NCBI GenBank assembly: GCA_036741715.1
Contig: DAINRR010000010.1
Span: 136 to 64,135, forward strand
Length of the DNA stretch: 64,000 nucleotides
Direction: 5' to 3'
From: Gemmatimonadales bacterium
GTDB taxonomy: Bacteria > Gemmatimonadota > Gemmatimonadetes > Gemmatimonadales > GWC2-71-9
Made by a program: the position numbers and the translations under genes. Shown one piece after another: positions 49,463-57,758 of this stretch. Position 1 is the first letter of the stretch; each line of letters begins with the position of its first letter. Under the pieces are notes generated by a model. It was not told the DNA's origin, made no database searches, and saw nothing but the letters and a program-made list of their open reading frames with translations.

Positions 49463-49909
49463 ATGCGAGTCGTGCTCCAGCGGGTCTCCCGGGCCTGCGT
49501 GACGATCGACGGAGTGCTGCGCGGAAGCATCGCGCGGGGCTTCTGCATCCTCGTCGCCTTCGCGCACGCGGATACGCTGCGCGAAGCGGAGTGGATGGCG
49601 GAGAAGGTCGGCGGGCTCCGTCTCTTCGCCGACGACGAAGGGAAGATGAACCGGTCGCTCGATGAGGTGGGCGGCGGCGTGCTCGTGATCTCGCAATTCA
49701 CGCTCTACGGGAATGCGGAAAAGGGGCGCCGGCCGTCGTTCATCGGTGCCGCGCCGCCTGCCGTCGCCATCCCGCTGTACGAGGGCTTCATCGCGGCGCT
49801 GCGCTCCCGAGGCCTTTCCGTCGCCACCGGGGAATTCGGGGCGCACATGGAGGTGGAGATCCACAACGACGGGCCGGTGACACTGGTGCTCGAGCGCGGG
49901 CCCGAGTGA
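49463..49909 (+). CDS. dtd: D-aminoacyl-tRNA deacylase
   Basis: MRVVLQRVSRA, SQFTL, KGRRPSF, TGEFGAHM and NDGPVT. Confidence 0.97.
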   Translation: MRVVLQRVSRACVTIDGVLRGSIARGFCILVAFAHADTLREAEWMAEKVGGLRLFADDEGKMNRSLDEVGGGVLVISQFTLYGNAEKGRRPSFIGAAPPAVAIPLYEGFIAALRSRGLSVATGEFGAHMEVEIHNDGPVTLVLERGPE

Positions 49910-50481
49910 CCGCCCGCGTCCTCACGCTCGCATCGGCGAGCCCGCGGCGGCGCCAGCTGCTCGACATGCTGGGCATCCCGGTCGTCGTGAAGCCTTCGCA
50001 CATCCCCGAAATTCACGAGCCGGGTGAGTCACCGGAGGCGTACACCGTGCGCCTTGCCCGCGCCAAGGCGGCGAGCGTGCCCGGCGACTGGGTTCTCGGA
50101 GCCGACACCACCGTCGTGCTCGACGGCCGGCTGCTGGAAAAGCCGAGCGACCCGGCGGATGCGGTGCGGATGCTGTCGATGCTGCAGGGGCGCACGCACG
50201 ACGTCGTGACTGCGGTGGCGCTGGTGGCGGGGGGCGCTCTGCGCGAGCGCGTGGATGTCACGCGGGTGACCTTCCGGCCGATGGACGAACGGTTCCTCCG
50301 CGCCTATGTCGCCACCGGCGAGCCGATGGACAAGGCCGGCGCATACGGCATTCAGGGATACGGGGCGGCGCTCGTCGAGCGGATCGACGGCGATTTCTTC
50401 AGCGTGATGGGCCTGCCGGTGCGGCTCGTGATCGAGCTGCTGGGCGCGGCGGGGTGGGCGTACGAGTTCGCGGAGCGGTGA
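49906..50481 (+). CDS. maf: Maf family nucleoside triphosphate pyrophosphatase
   Basis: LASASPRRRQLL, GADTTV, LEKP and MDKAGAYGIQG. Confidence 0.95.
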   Translation: MTARVLTLASASPRRRQLLDMLGIPVVVKPSHIPEIHEPGESPEAYTVRLARAKAASVPGDWVLGADTTVVLDGRLLEKPSDPADAVRMLSMLQGRTHDVVTAVALVAGGALRERVDVTRVTFRPMDERFLRAYVATGEPMDKAGAYGIQGYGAALVERIDGDFFSVMGLPVRLVIELLGAAGWAYEFAER

Positions 50482-50539
50482 TCGCCGTCCCGCGCCTCCG
50501 ATTTCCCGCGCTTCCGGTTTTCCGCTACTTTCTCCCGAT

Positions 50540-52138
50540 ATGACCGCGTACCGCCTCGTCGCCGCCGAAGGCACCCAGAGTTTCGACCTGCCCAGTGGTC
50601 GGAGCGTGGTCGTGGGCCGCGGCGTGACGAGCGATATCGCGCTGTACGATCCCACGATCAGCCGGCGCCACGCGGAGCTCACCGCCGGCCCCGACGGTGT
50701 CCAGGTACGGGACCTCGGCAGCTCGAACGGCACCTGCGTGAACGGCGCGCGGATTGCGATCGGGCTCATGCAGCCCGACGACTCGATCGCCTTCGGCAAG
50801 GTGCGGTTCCAGCTCGAGCAGCTCGCCGAGCCGGGCTACGACCGCCGCCGCTCGAGCGGCGGGCTGACGCCCCACGGCACGATCGTGCGGCAGCTGCACG
50901 TGCGCGGCGGAATCGTGCCGGTCGAGATCACGATGAGCGGTCCGGTCGCCGTCGGGCAGCTCCGGCTCGGCGGGCCGAACGATGCCGAGCGCACCACCCG
51001 CAAGCTCTCCCTCCTCCTCGAGATCTCGCAGAAGCTCTCCGGCGAGTTCGATCTCGACCGCCTCCTCGGCACCGTGGTGGACGTGACGTTCGAGATCATG
51101 AACGTGGATCGCGTCTCGATCCTCCTGCGCAACGAGGAGACCGGCGAGCTCGTCCCCCGGATCTCGCGCAGCCGCCTCGGCGACACGCAGTTCAAGCACG
51201 TGCCCAAGTCCATCGCGCAGAAGGTCGTCGAAGAGCGCGTCGCGGTGCTCTCCCACGATGCGGCGGCCGATACGCGCTTTCAGGGGCAGTCCATCGCGCT
51301 CCAGAGCGTCCGGAGCGCCATGTGCTCGCCTCTCATGGCGGAGGGGGACCGGGTGCTGGGCCTGCTGTACGTGGACAACCTCACGTCGGCGAATTCCTTC
51401 TCCGACGAAGACCTGCAGTTCCTGGTGGCCTTCAGCGGACTCGCGGCCGTCGGCATCCGGAACAGCCTCTACGCCGTGCAGCTCCAGCGCGAGGCGATGG
51501 TGCGCTCGAATTTCGAGCGGTACTTCGCCCCGAACGTGGCCGCGGAGATCGTCCAGCAGAACGAGGCCGTGAAGCTCGGCGGCGAGCGGCGGCCGCTGAC
51601 CATCCTCTTCAGCGACATCCGCGGCTTCACCACGCTGTCCGAATCGATGCCGCCCGAGGACATCGCGGGCCTCCTCACCGACTACTTCTCCGAAATGGTC
51701 GAGATCGTCTTCGAGCATGGCGGAACGCTCGACAAGTTCATCGGCGACGCGATCATGGCGCTCTGGGGCGCGCCCATCGCGCACGAGGACGATCCCGATC
51801 GCGCGCTCCGGGCGGCCATCGCCATGCAGAAGGCGGTGACGCAGCTCAACGCCAAGTGGAGCGCCGCGGGGCGTCCACAGATCGGCGTCGGCATCGGGAT
51901 CAACTACGGGGAGGCGTTCGCGGGAAACATCGGCAGCCACCGCCGGCTCGAGTACACCGTCATCGGGGATGCCGTGAATACGGCGGCGCGCCTCTGCAAG
52001 GATGCGGAGGCGGGAGAGATCGTGGTGGGAGCGCCGTTCCGCGCGGTCGTCAGGGAACAGCAGCTCTTCGAGCCCGCCGTCGAGATGTCCCTTCGGGGGA
52101 AGTCGGCCGCCGTCGAAGTCTGGCGGGTCCGGCGCTGA
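50540..52138 (+). CDS. FHA-GAF-class III adenylate cyclase
   Basis: FHA (GR, SRRHA, DLGSSNGT), GAF, then LFSDIRGFT, DKFIGDA and YTVIGDAVNTAARL. Confidence 0.92.
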   Translation: MTAYRLVAAEGTQSFDLPSGRSVVVGRGVTSDIALYDPTISRRHAELTAGPDGVQVRDLGSSNGTCVNGARIAIGLMQPDDSIAFGKVRFQLEQLAEPGYDRRRSSGGLTPHGTIVRQLHVRGGIVPVEITMSGPVAVGQLRLGGPNDAERTTRKLSLLLEISQKLSGEFDLDRLLGTVVDVTFEIMNVDRVSILLRNEETGELVPRISRSRLGDTQFKHVPKSIAQKVVEERVAVLSHDAAADTRFQGQSIALQSVRSAMCSPLMAEGDRVLGLLYVDNLTSANSFSDEDLQFLVAFSGLAAVGIRNSLYAVQLQREAMVRSNFERYFAPNVAAEIVQQNEAVKLGGERRPLTILFSDIRGFTTLSESMPPEDIAGLLTDYFSEMVEIVFEHGGTLDKFIGDAIMALWGAPIAHEDDPDRALRAAIAMQKAVTQLNAKWSAAGRPQIGVGIGINYGEAFAGNIGSHRRLEYTVIGDAVNTAARLCKDAEAGEIVVGAPFRAVVREQQLFEPAVEMSLRGKSAAVEVWRVRR

Positions 52139-52141
52139 TGC

Positions 52142-52774
52142 TCACGGGGCCGGCGGCGGCGCCGCGTCCCGAGGCGCACTCACGATATACGAGCCGGGAC
52201 CGGGAAGCGTGGCGCCGAGGTTGTCGGTGGCGGGTCGTGCCGAGGGGAGGAACGTGACCCGGTCTCCCTGCAGCGCCCCGACGAAGAGCTGTCGCTCGAA
52301 GGCGATGTCGCTGCCGTAGCGGGCCCGCGCATCCGCCGGCGCGAGGAAGTGCACGGCGTACTTGAACGTCACGCGCGCCTGCCGCAGGCCGCTTCCCGAT
52401 TCGAGATCGATGCCGTAGACGCCCGGGCGGGGCCGGATCGTGACCTGCGCCTCGCCCCCTCCCGCGGCGAACGAGGCACTGTCGAACGCCACTTCCGCGA
52501 ACATGGCGTGGTCCGGCGCCGGGTGCCGCACCACCACGACGCGCGGCGTGCCGGCGGTGAACGTCACCGTGGTATCGGCGGGCGGGCCGCCGTCCGCTTC
52601 GAGGACATACACCTCGCCGATCGCGCGCGGCGCCGGCACTCGCGCCTCCGGCGGTACCTCCGCGGTGCCGGCCGCTCCGCCGCCGCACGCCGTCGCCGCC
52701 ACCGCGAGCGCAAGCGCGAGCGCGACGAGCGTTCCGCTTGCCCTGCCTTGCCATGCCCGGGATATTCCGCCCAA
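52142..52774 (-). CDS. Putative lipoprotein; start uncertain
   Basis: Hydrophobic leader LVALALALAVAATAC followed by a globular region; nearest canonical in-frame start is TTG 52774. Confidence 0.6.
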   Translation of the reverse strand: MGGISRAWQGRASGTLVALALALAVAATACGGGAAGTAEVPPEARVPAPRAIGEVYVLEADGGPPADTTVTFTAGTPRVVVVRHPAPDHAMFAEVAFDSASFAAGGGEAQVTIRPRPGVYGIDLESGSGLRQARVTFKYAVHFLAPADARARYGSDIAFERQLFVGALQGDRVTFLPSARPATDNLGATLPGPGSYIVSAPRDAAPPPAP

Positions 52775-54828
52775 TGTCCGCCCGCTTTCCTCTGATGGTT
52801 GCCGCCGCAGTGCTGCTCGCCGCTCCGATGCCGGCCCGTGCGCAGCAGTGGAACACGCCCGAAGCACTCGCACTCGCCGCGGCGGGGAGCGCGCGCCGGC
52901 AGGAAGCGCAGGCCGATTCGAGCCTCGCGAGCTACCGTACGCGCGCACACGGGTTCGTCTTCTTCCTGGCGCAGGTCGGCGAGGAAGGGCTCGCCCAGCC
53001 CCCGCGACTCGTGAAGGCGGACGAGCTGCAGGTGGAAGTGTATTGGCGGGCGCCGAACCGGAGCAAGCAGGTGATCCTCGGCTGGCGCGACGGCACCTTC
53101 CTTCCCACCGACATCAACTACCATCGCGACCACCTCGGCATCGTCACCAACAACTTCGGCGACCTGATCCGGATCGGCGAGGGGGACGAGGTGCGCGACG
53201 TGCCGCACCCGTTCTCGCCTGGGGGGCTCGAGGCGTACGATTTCGCGATCACCGACTCCGTCGTCGTGGAGGGTGTCGAGGGGTCGGTGAGCCTTCTGGC
53301 GCTCGCGGTGCGGCCGAAGGATTTCCGCCGGCCCCTCGTCGTGGGAACGCTCTATCTCGACGCCGCGAGCGCCCAGCTCGTCCGCTTCCGGTTCAGCTTC
53401 ACCCCCGCCGCCTATCTCGACCGCCAGCTCGAGGACATCACGATCACCCTGCAGAGCTCGCTCTGGGAGGGCCGGTACTGGCTGCCGTATCGCCAGGAAG
53501 TCGAGATCAGGCGGCGGTTCAGCTGGCTCGAATTTCCCGCGCGCGGAATCATCCAGGGCCGCTGGGAAATCGAGGACTACGAGGTCAATGCCGAGTTTCC
53601 CGATGCGATCTTCGCCGGCCCCGCGATCGGCGGGCTTCGGCGCACGGGTGGACCCGATTCCCTCTTCGCGGAGCCGCTCTCCGAGGCGATTGCGGCAGTT
53701 GCCCGCCCGCTGGACGAGCGCGAGATGGCCCAGATCCGCGCCGACATCGAGCGGCTCGCGGGCAACAACCTGCTGAGCGGGCTCCCGACGGCGCGCATCG
53801 GCGGGTCAGGGATCAGCGACTTCGTGCGGGTGAATCGGGTGCAGGGGCTCGCACTCGGAGGCCGAGCGGTGCTCGGGCTGCGGCGGAACCGGGTCCAGAT
53901 CATTCCGTCCCTCGGTATCGGTACGGCCGATGGCCGGGCGACGGGTGGCGTGGCGGCGCGGGTCGGTGCGGGGGCCACCGAGCTCTCGGCGTCGGTCGGC
54001 CGGCAGGTGCGGGACTTCGGCGAGGAGGCGGTCATCGCGCCGGTGCTCAATTCGATCGCCGCGCAGGAGTTCGGCGAGGACTACGGCGACTACCTCCTCC
54101 TCGACGCCGCCATGGCCGGGATCGGCTACCGGGTCGATGCACGTCATCTGGTCTCGGTCGAGGGCGCCATCGAGCGCAGCCGGTCTCTCGCCGTGGAGGC
54201 ATCGCCAGCGAACGGCACGTATCGCCCGAATCCGGCGCTCGGCGCCGGGATCTACCGGATCGGCCGGCTGAGGCTGGAGCGCGGTGCGGGCTCGTCGGTC
54301 GCGCAGGTGAGTGATCTCCGGGGCACCGTCTCGCTCGAGGCGGGAAATGGCCCCACCGATTACCTGCGCGCCGCAGCGACCGCCCGCTGGCTCCGGCCGA
54401 TCGGCGCGAGCCAACTGCTGCTCCACGCCTCGGGCGGCGTTGCGAGCCGCGGGGTGCCGGCCTACCGCGCCTTCGCGATCGGCGGCCGAGGCACCCTGGT
54501 CGGCGAGCCGTTTCGTGCCTTCGGCGGGCGCCGGTCGCTGCTGGGCCACGTCGAATGGCGCTTCGATGCCCCCGCACCGGCGATTCCGCTCGGCTCCTTT
54601 GCCTCGACCGGGAGCACGATGGTCCTGGCGCCGTTCGCGGCAGTCGGCTGGACGGGTGGGGCGATGGACGGAGGCGTCGGAGGCGGCAGCGACGGGGCCC
54701 GGCCCGTCCTCGGCCTCGCCGCCGAGCTCTTCATGCGTCTCATCCGGATCGAGGCCGGCGTGGCGCTTCGCTCCGGCGAGGTCGGGGTCACGATCGATAT
54801 CGGCCGGGATTGGTGGGGTGCCCTGTAG
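52774..54828 (+). CDS. Large secreted, probable outer-membrane protein with C-terminal beta-barrel
   Basis: Signal peptide ending ARAQ; beta-strand-rich C-terminal half ending IDIGRDWWGAL. Confidence 0.7.
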   Translation: MSARFPLMVAAAVLLAAPMPARAQQWNTPEALALAAAGSARRQEAQADSSLASYRTRAHGFVFFLAQVGEEGLAQPPRLVKADELQVEVYWRAPNRSKQVILGWRDGTFLPTDINYHRDHLGIVTNNFGDLIRIGEGDEVRDVPHPFSPGGLEAYDFAITDSVVVEGVEGSVSLLALAVRPKDFRRPLVVGTLYLDAASAQLVRFRFSFTPAAYLDRQLEDITITLQSSLWEGRYWLPYRQEVEIRRRFSWLEFPARGIIQGRWEIEDYEVNAEFPDAIFAGPAIGGLRRTGGPDSLFAEPLSEAIAAVARPLDEREMAQIRADIERLAGNNLLSGLPTARIGGSGISDFVRVNRVQGLALGGRAVLGLRRNRVQIIPSLGIGTADGRATGGVAARVGAGATELSASVGRQVRDFGEEAVIAPVLNSIAAQEFGEDYGDYLLLDAAMAGIGYRVDARHLVSVEGAIERSRSLAVEASPANGTYRPNPALGAGIYRIGRLRLERGAGSSVAQVSDLRGTVSLEAGNGPTDYLRAAATARWLRPIGASQLLLHASGGVASRGVPAYRAFAIGGRGTLVGEPFRAFGGRRSLLGHVEWRFDAPAPAIPLGSFASTGSTMVLAPFAAVGWTGGAMDGGVGGGSDGARPVLGLAAELFMRLIRIEAGVALRSGEVGVTIDIGRDWWGAL

Positions 54829-54855
54829 GGCGGCATGCTGCCGCCCTCGGCGGGG

Positions 54856-54906
54856 CCCCTCATCCCCGATTGACCCCCCCCCCCAGTCCGTTTTCCCCAC
54901 CCCCCC
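54856..54906. repeat. C-run cluster (C4, C4, C11, C4, C7); G-runs on the minus strand
   Basis: Read directly; intergenic, upstream of the GspE/PilB gene. Confidence 0.8.
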
Positions 54907-54956
54907 GCTATCGTTTACGTTCCCCTTTTTCATCCCGCAGCCCAAGAAGCCGTCGC

Positions 54957-57182
54957 ATGCAATTCACCGACGAATGGCTGGTCCCGACCATCGAACCGCT
55001 GCTGCCCGCCGGCAGCATCGCAACCATCCGCACCGAAGCGGGGGGCCGCCCGACCTCGCTCTGGGACATCGTCGTGCAGCGGAAGCTGCTCGCCGACGAC
55101 AAGGTGGTCGCGGCCCTCGCCGGCCGCTTCCGGATACCGGTCGTGCCCTCGGTTTCGGCCGATCATGCGGTCAAGGAGGCCGTGAGCGAGGCCGTCATCC
55201 GCCGCTTCAACGTCCTCCCCTTCCGGCTCACCGACAGCCACCTCGACGTGGCCACCTCGGCGCCGTTCGACATCGACGCCGAGAAGGTGCTCGCGTTCAC
55301 GACCGGGCGGGAAGTGCGGTTCTTCCTGGCTTCCCCGTCGCGGATTCGCGACGGGATCTCCGAGCTTTTTCCGTCGGAGGATGCGGTGGCCAAGCTCCTG
55401 GGGGGCCTCGATCACGGCGCGGACGTCCAGCAGCTGGATGACGACTCGGACGATCTCGGCACGTCGGCGGAGGAGGCGAGCCACGCCCCGATCGTTCGCC
55501 TCGTGGACATGATGCTCGCCGACGGCATCGCGAGCCGCGCGAGCGACATCCACGTGGAGCCGGTGGACGGCGGTGTAGCGGTGCGCTACCGCATCGACGG
55601 CGTGCTCCGCCAGGTGATGAAGGTGCCGCGGAGCGCGGGAATCCCGCTCATCTCCCGCGTCAAGATCATGTCCGGGCTCGACATCGCCGACCGCCGGCGC
55701 CCGCAGGACGGCCGGGCCCGCGTGTCGGTGAACGGCAATCCGATCGACCTGCGCGTCTCGACGCTGCCGGCTGCGGGCGGGGAGAAGGTGGTGATCCGCG
55801 TGCTCAACACGCGCGCCACGCTCCTCTCCCTCGAGGCACTCGGCATGTTCGAGGACGAGCGCGAGCGGATCGCGTCGCTGCTCGATCACAAGGAGGGCAT
55901 CCTCCTCGTGACCGGGCCCACCGGGTCGGGCAAGACCACGACGCTCTATTCGGCGCTCCGCCTGGTGCAGGGCGAGGGGATCAACATCGTCACGGTCGAG
56001 GATCCCGTCGAGTACAAGTTCGGCGAGAACATCGTGCAGGTGCAGGTGCAGGAGAAGGCGGGCCTCACGTTTGCCTCGGCGCTCCGCTCGATCCTGCGCC
56101 AGGACCCCGACGTCGTGCTCGTCGGCGAAATCCGCGACCATGAGACGGCGCAGATCGCCGTGCAGGCCTCGCTCACCGGCCACCTGGTGCTGTCGACGCT
56201 GCATACCAACGATGCGGCGAACGCCGTCACCCGCCTCGTGGACATGGGCATCGAGCCGTACAAGCTCGCCTCGGCGCTCCGCGGCGTCGTGGCGCAGCGG
56301 CTCATGCGGCGACTCTGCATGGCGTGCCGCACGCAGATGACGAGCTCCCTCGGCCCGAAGCTGCGCCGGCACGTTCCGGAGGGCGTGACGCTCTATCAGG
56401 CGGTCGGCTGCCCGGAGTGCGCGATGACCGGGTACCGCGGCCGCTTCAGCATCGTCGAGGTGATGGCCGTGACGCCGGAGATCGAGCGACTGATCGGGGC
56501 CGGCGCCACGGCGGACAAGCTCGCCGATTCGGCCCGCGCGGCCGGAATGCGCGCGCTCTGGGAAAGCGGGCTCAGGCATGTGCTGGCCGGGGAGACGTCC
56601 ACCGAGGAACTGCTGCGCGTCACCGACGTGCCCGCCGAGCGGCGGGCCAGCCCCGCTCCGGCGGCCGAGCCTCCCCGCAGCGCCGCGGCGGCGACACCGG
56701 CCGCCCCCTCGGCGCCGGCGCCGAGCGGCTACGCTGCGGCCGACCTGAGCGGCAGCTTCGACCTGCTCGACGAGCTCGAGCCACCGGCCGCCGGCGCCGC
56801 CCCACGGCGCGCCACGGTCCTGCTCGTCGAGGATGAGGACTCGCTGCGCAAGGTGATGAGGGACCTGCTCGAGCGCGACGGCTATGCCGTCGCGGAAGCC
56901 GCGGATGGCATCTCGGCGCTCGACCAGGTGGACCGCGTGGCGCCGGACGTCATCATGCTCGACCTCAACCTCCCCGGCCTCGACGGCTATCACGTCCTCC
57001 AGCAGCTGCGCTCCCGCGCCGCCACGAGCCGCATTCCGGTGATCGTGCTGACGGCCAAGGGTGACGAAGACAACGAGGTGCGCGTCTTCCAGCTCGGCGC
57101 CGACGACTTCCTCACCAAGCCCTTCCGGGCGAAGGCGCTCTCCGCCCGCCTCGAGGCAGTGCTCGGTCGCCGGCGCGCCTGA
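54957..57182 (+). CDS. GspE/PilB-family secretion ATPase fused to a C-terminal receiver domain
   Basis: ASDIHVEP, RRRPQDGR, GPTGSGKTT, TVEDPVE, LRQDPDVVLVGEIRD, HLVLSTLH, CMAC...CPEC; REC with MLDLNLP, LTA and KPF. Confidence 0.93.
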   Translation: MQFTDEWLVPTIEPLLPAGSIATIRTEAGGRPTSLWDIVVQRKLLADDKVVAALAGRFRIPVVPSVSADHAVKEAVSEAVIRRFNVLPFRLTDSHLDVATSAPFDIDAEKVLAFTTGREVRFFLASPSRIRDGISELFPSEDAVAKLLGGLDHGADVQQLDDDSDDLGTSAEEASHAPIVRLVDMMLADGIASRASDIHVEPVDGGVAVRYRIDGVLRQVMKVPRSAGIPLISRVKIMSGLDIADRRRPQDGRARVSVNGNPIDLRVSTLPAAGGEKVVIRVLNTRATLLSLEALGMFEDERERIASLLDHKEGILLVTGPTGSGKTTTLYSALRLVQGEGINIVTVEDPVEYKFGENIVQVQVQEKAGLTFASALRSILRQDPDVVLVGEIRDHETAQIAVQASLTGHLVLSTLHTNDAANAVTRLVDMGIEPYKLASALRGVVAQRLMRRLCMACRTQMTSSLGPKLRRHVPEGVTLYQAVGCPECAMTGYRGRFSIVEVMAVTPEIERLIGAGATADKLADSARAAGMRALWESGLRHVLAGETSTEELLRVTDVPAERRASPAPAAEPPRSAAAATPAAPSAPAPSGYAAADLSGSFDLLDELEPPAAGAAPRRATVLLVEDEDSLRKVMRDLLERDGYAVAEAADGISALDQVDRVAPDVIMLDLNLPGLDGYHVLQQLRSRAATSRIPVIVLTAKGDEDNEVRVFQLGADDFLTKPFRAKALSARLEAVLGRRRA

Positions 57183-57189
57183 GCCTGCC

Positions 57190-57678
57190 GTGCACGCCCC
57201 TGGCGCCGCTCCGCCCGCAGGGGTGCGTGTCTCCCTGATCGATCTCTACGTGCTGCGTGGCGCGGGGCCGGACCTCCGGTGCCTCGTGCTTCGCCGCGCG
57301 CGCGGAACCCGGTGTACGGGCGCCTGGGAGGTGGTGCACGGTCACATCGAGCCGGGGGAGACACCGGTCGAAGCCGCGCGGCGCGAGATGCTGGAGGAGA
57401 CCGGCCTCACGCCGTCACGGCTCTTCAACGTGAGCCGCGTCGAGGTGTTCTACCAGCATCGCAGCAACGAAGTCGCCCTCGTTCCGGTGTTCGCCGCCTT
57501 CGTGGATCCCGGCTCCGAGCCCGCGCTCGGCAACGAGCACGACCGCGCGGAATGGCTGACGCCCGAGGATGCGCGGGCGCGCGTTGCCTGGCCGCGCGAG
57601 GCACGCGCCATCGAGGACATCGTCCGGATGTTCGGCACGGGCGACGCAGGTGTGATCGGGGACGTGCTGGAGATCTGA
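57190..57678 (+). CDS. NUDIX hydrolase
   Basis: Nudix box GHIEPGETPVEAARREMLEETGL; EHDRAEW. Confidence 0.9.
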   Translation: MHAPGAAPPAGVRVSLIDLYVLRGAGPDLRCLVLRRARGTRCTGAWEVVHGHIEPGETPVEAARREMLEETGLTPSRLFNVSRVEVFYQHRSNEVALVPVFAAFVDPGSEPALGNEHDRAEWLTPEDARARVAWPREARAIEDIVRMFGTGDAGVIGDVLEI

Positions 57679-57758
57679 CGGATGTGGCCGCGCCGCGCAC
57701 TCGCGCGTCTCATACCGCAGGCCACCCCAACCGCAGCCGCAAAGGACCGATTTCTTCC

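Noticed and set aside
44972-49864. 1630-aa minus-strand ORF and other long antisense or alternate-frame ORFs (for example 14157-17105, 9002-11128, 41179-43086)
   Set aside because: They shadow well-supported genes, are Arg/Ala/Gly/Pro-rich with no motifs, and are expected from stop-codon scarcity at high GC.
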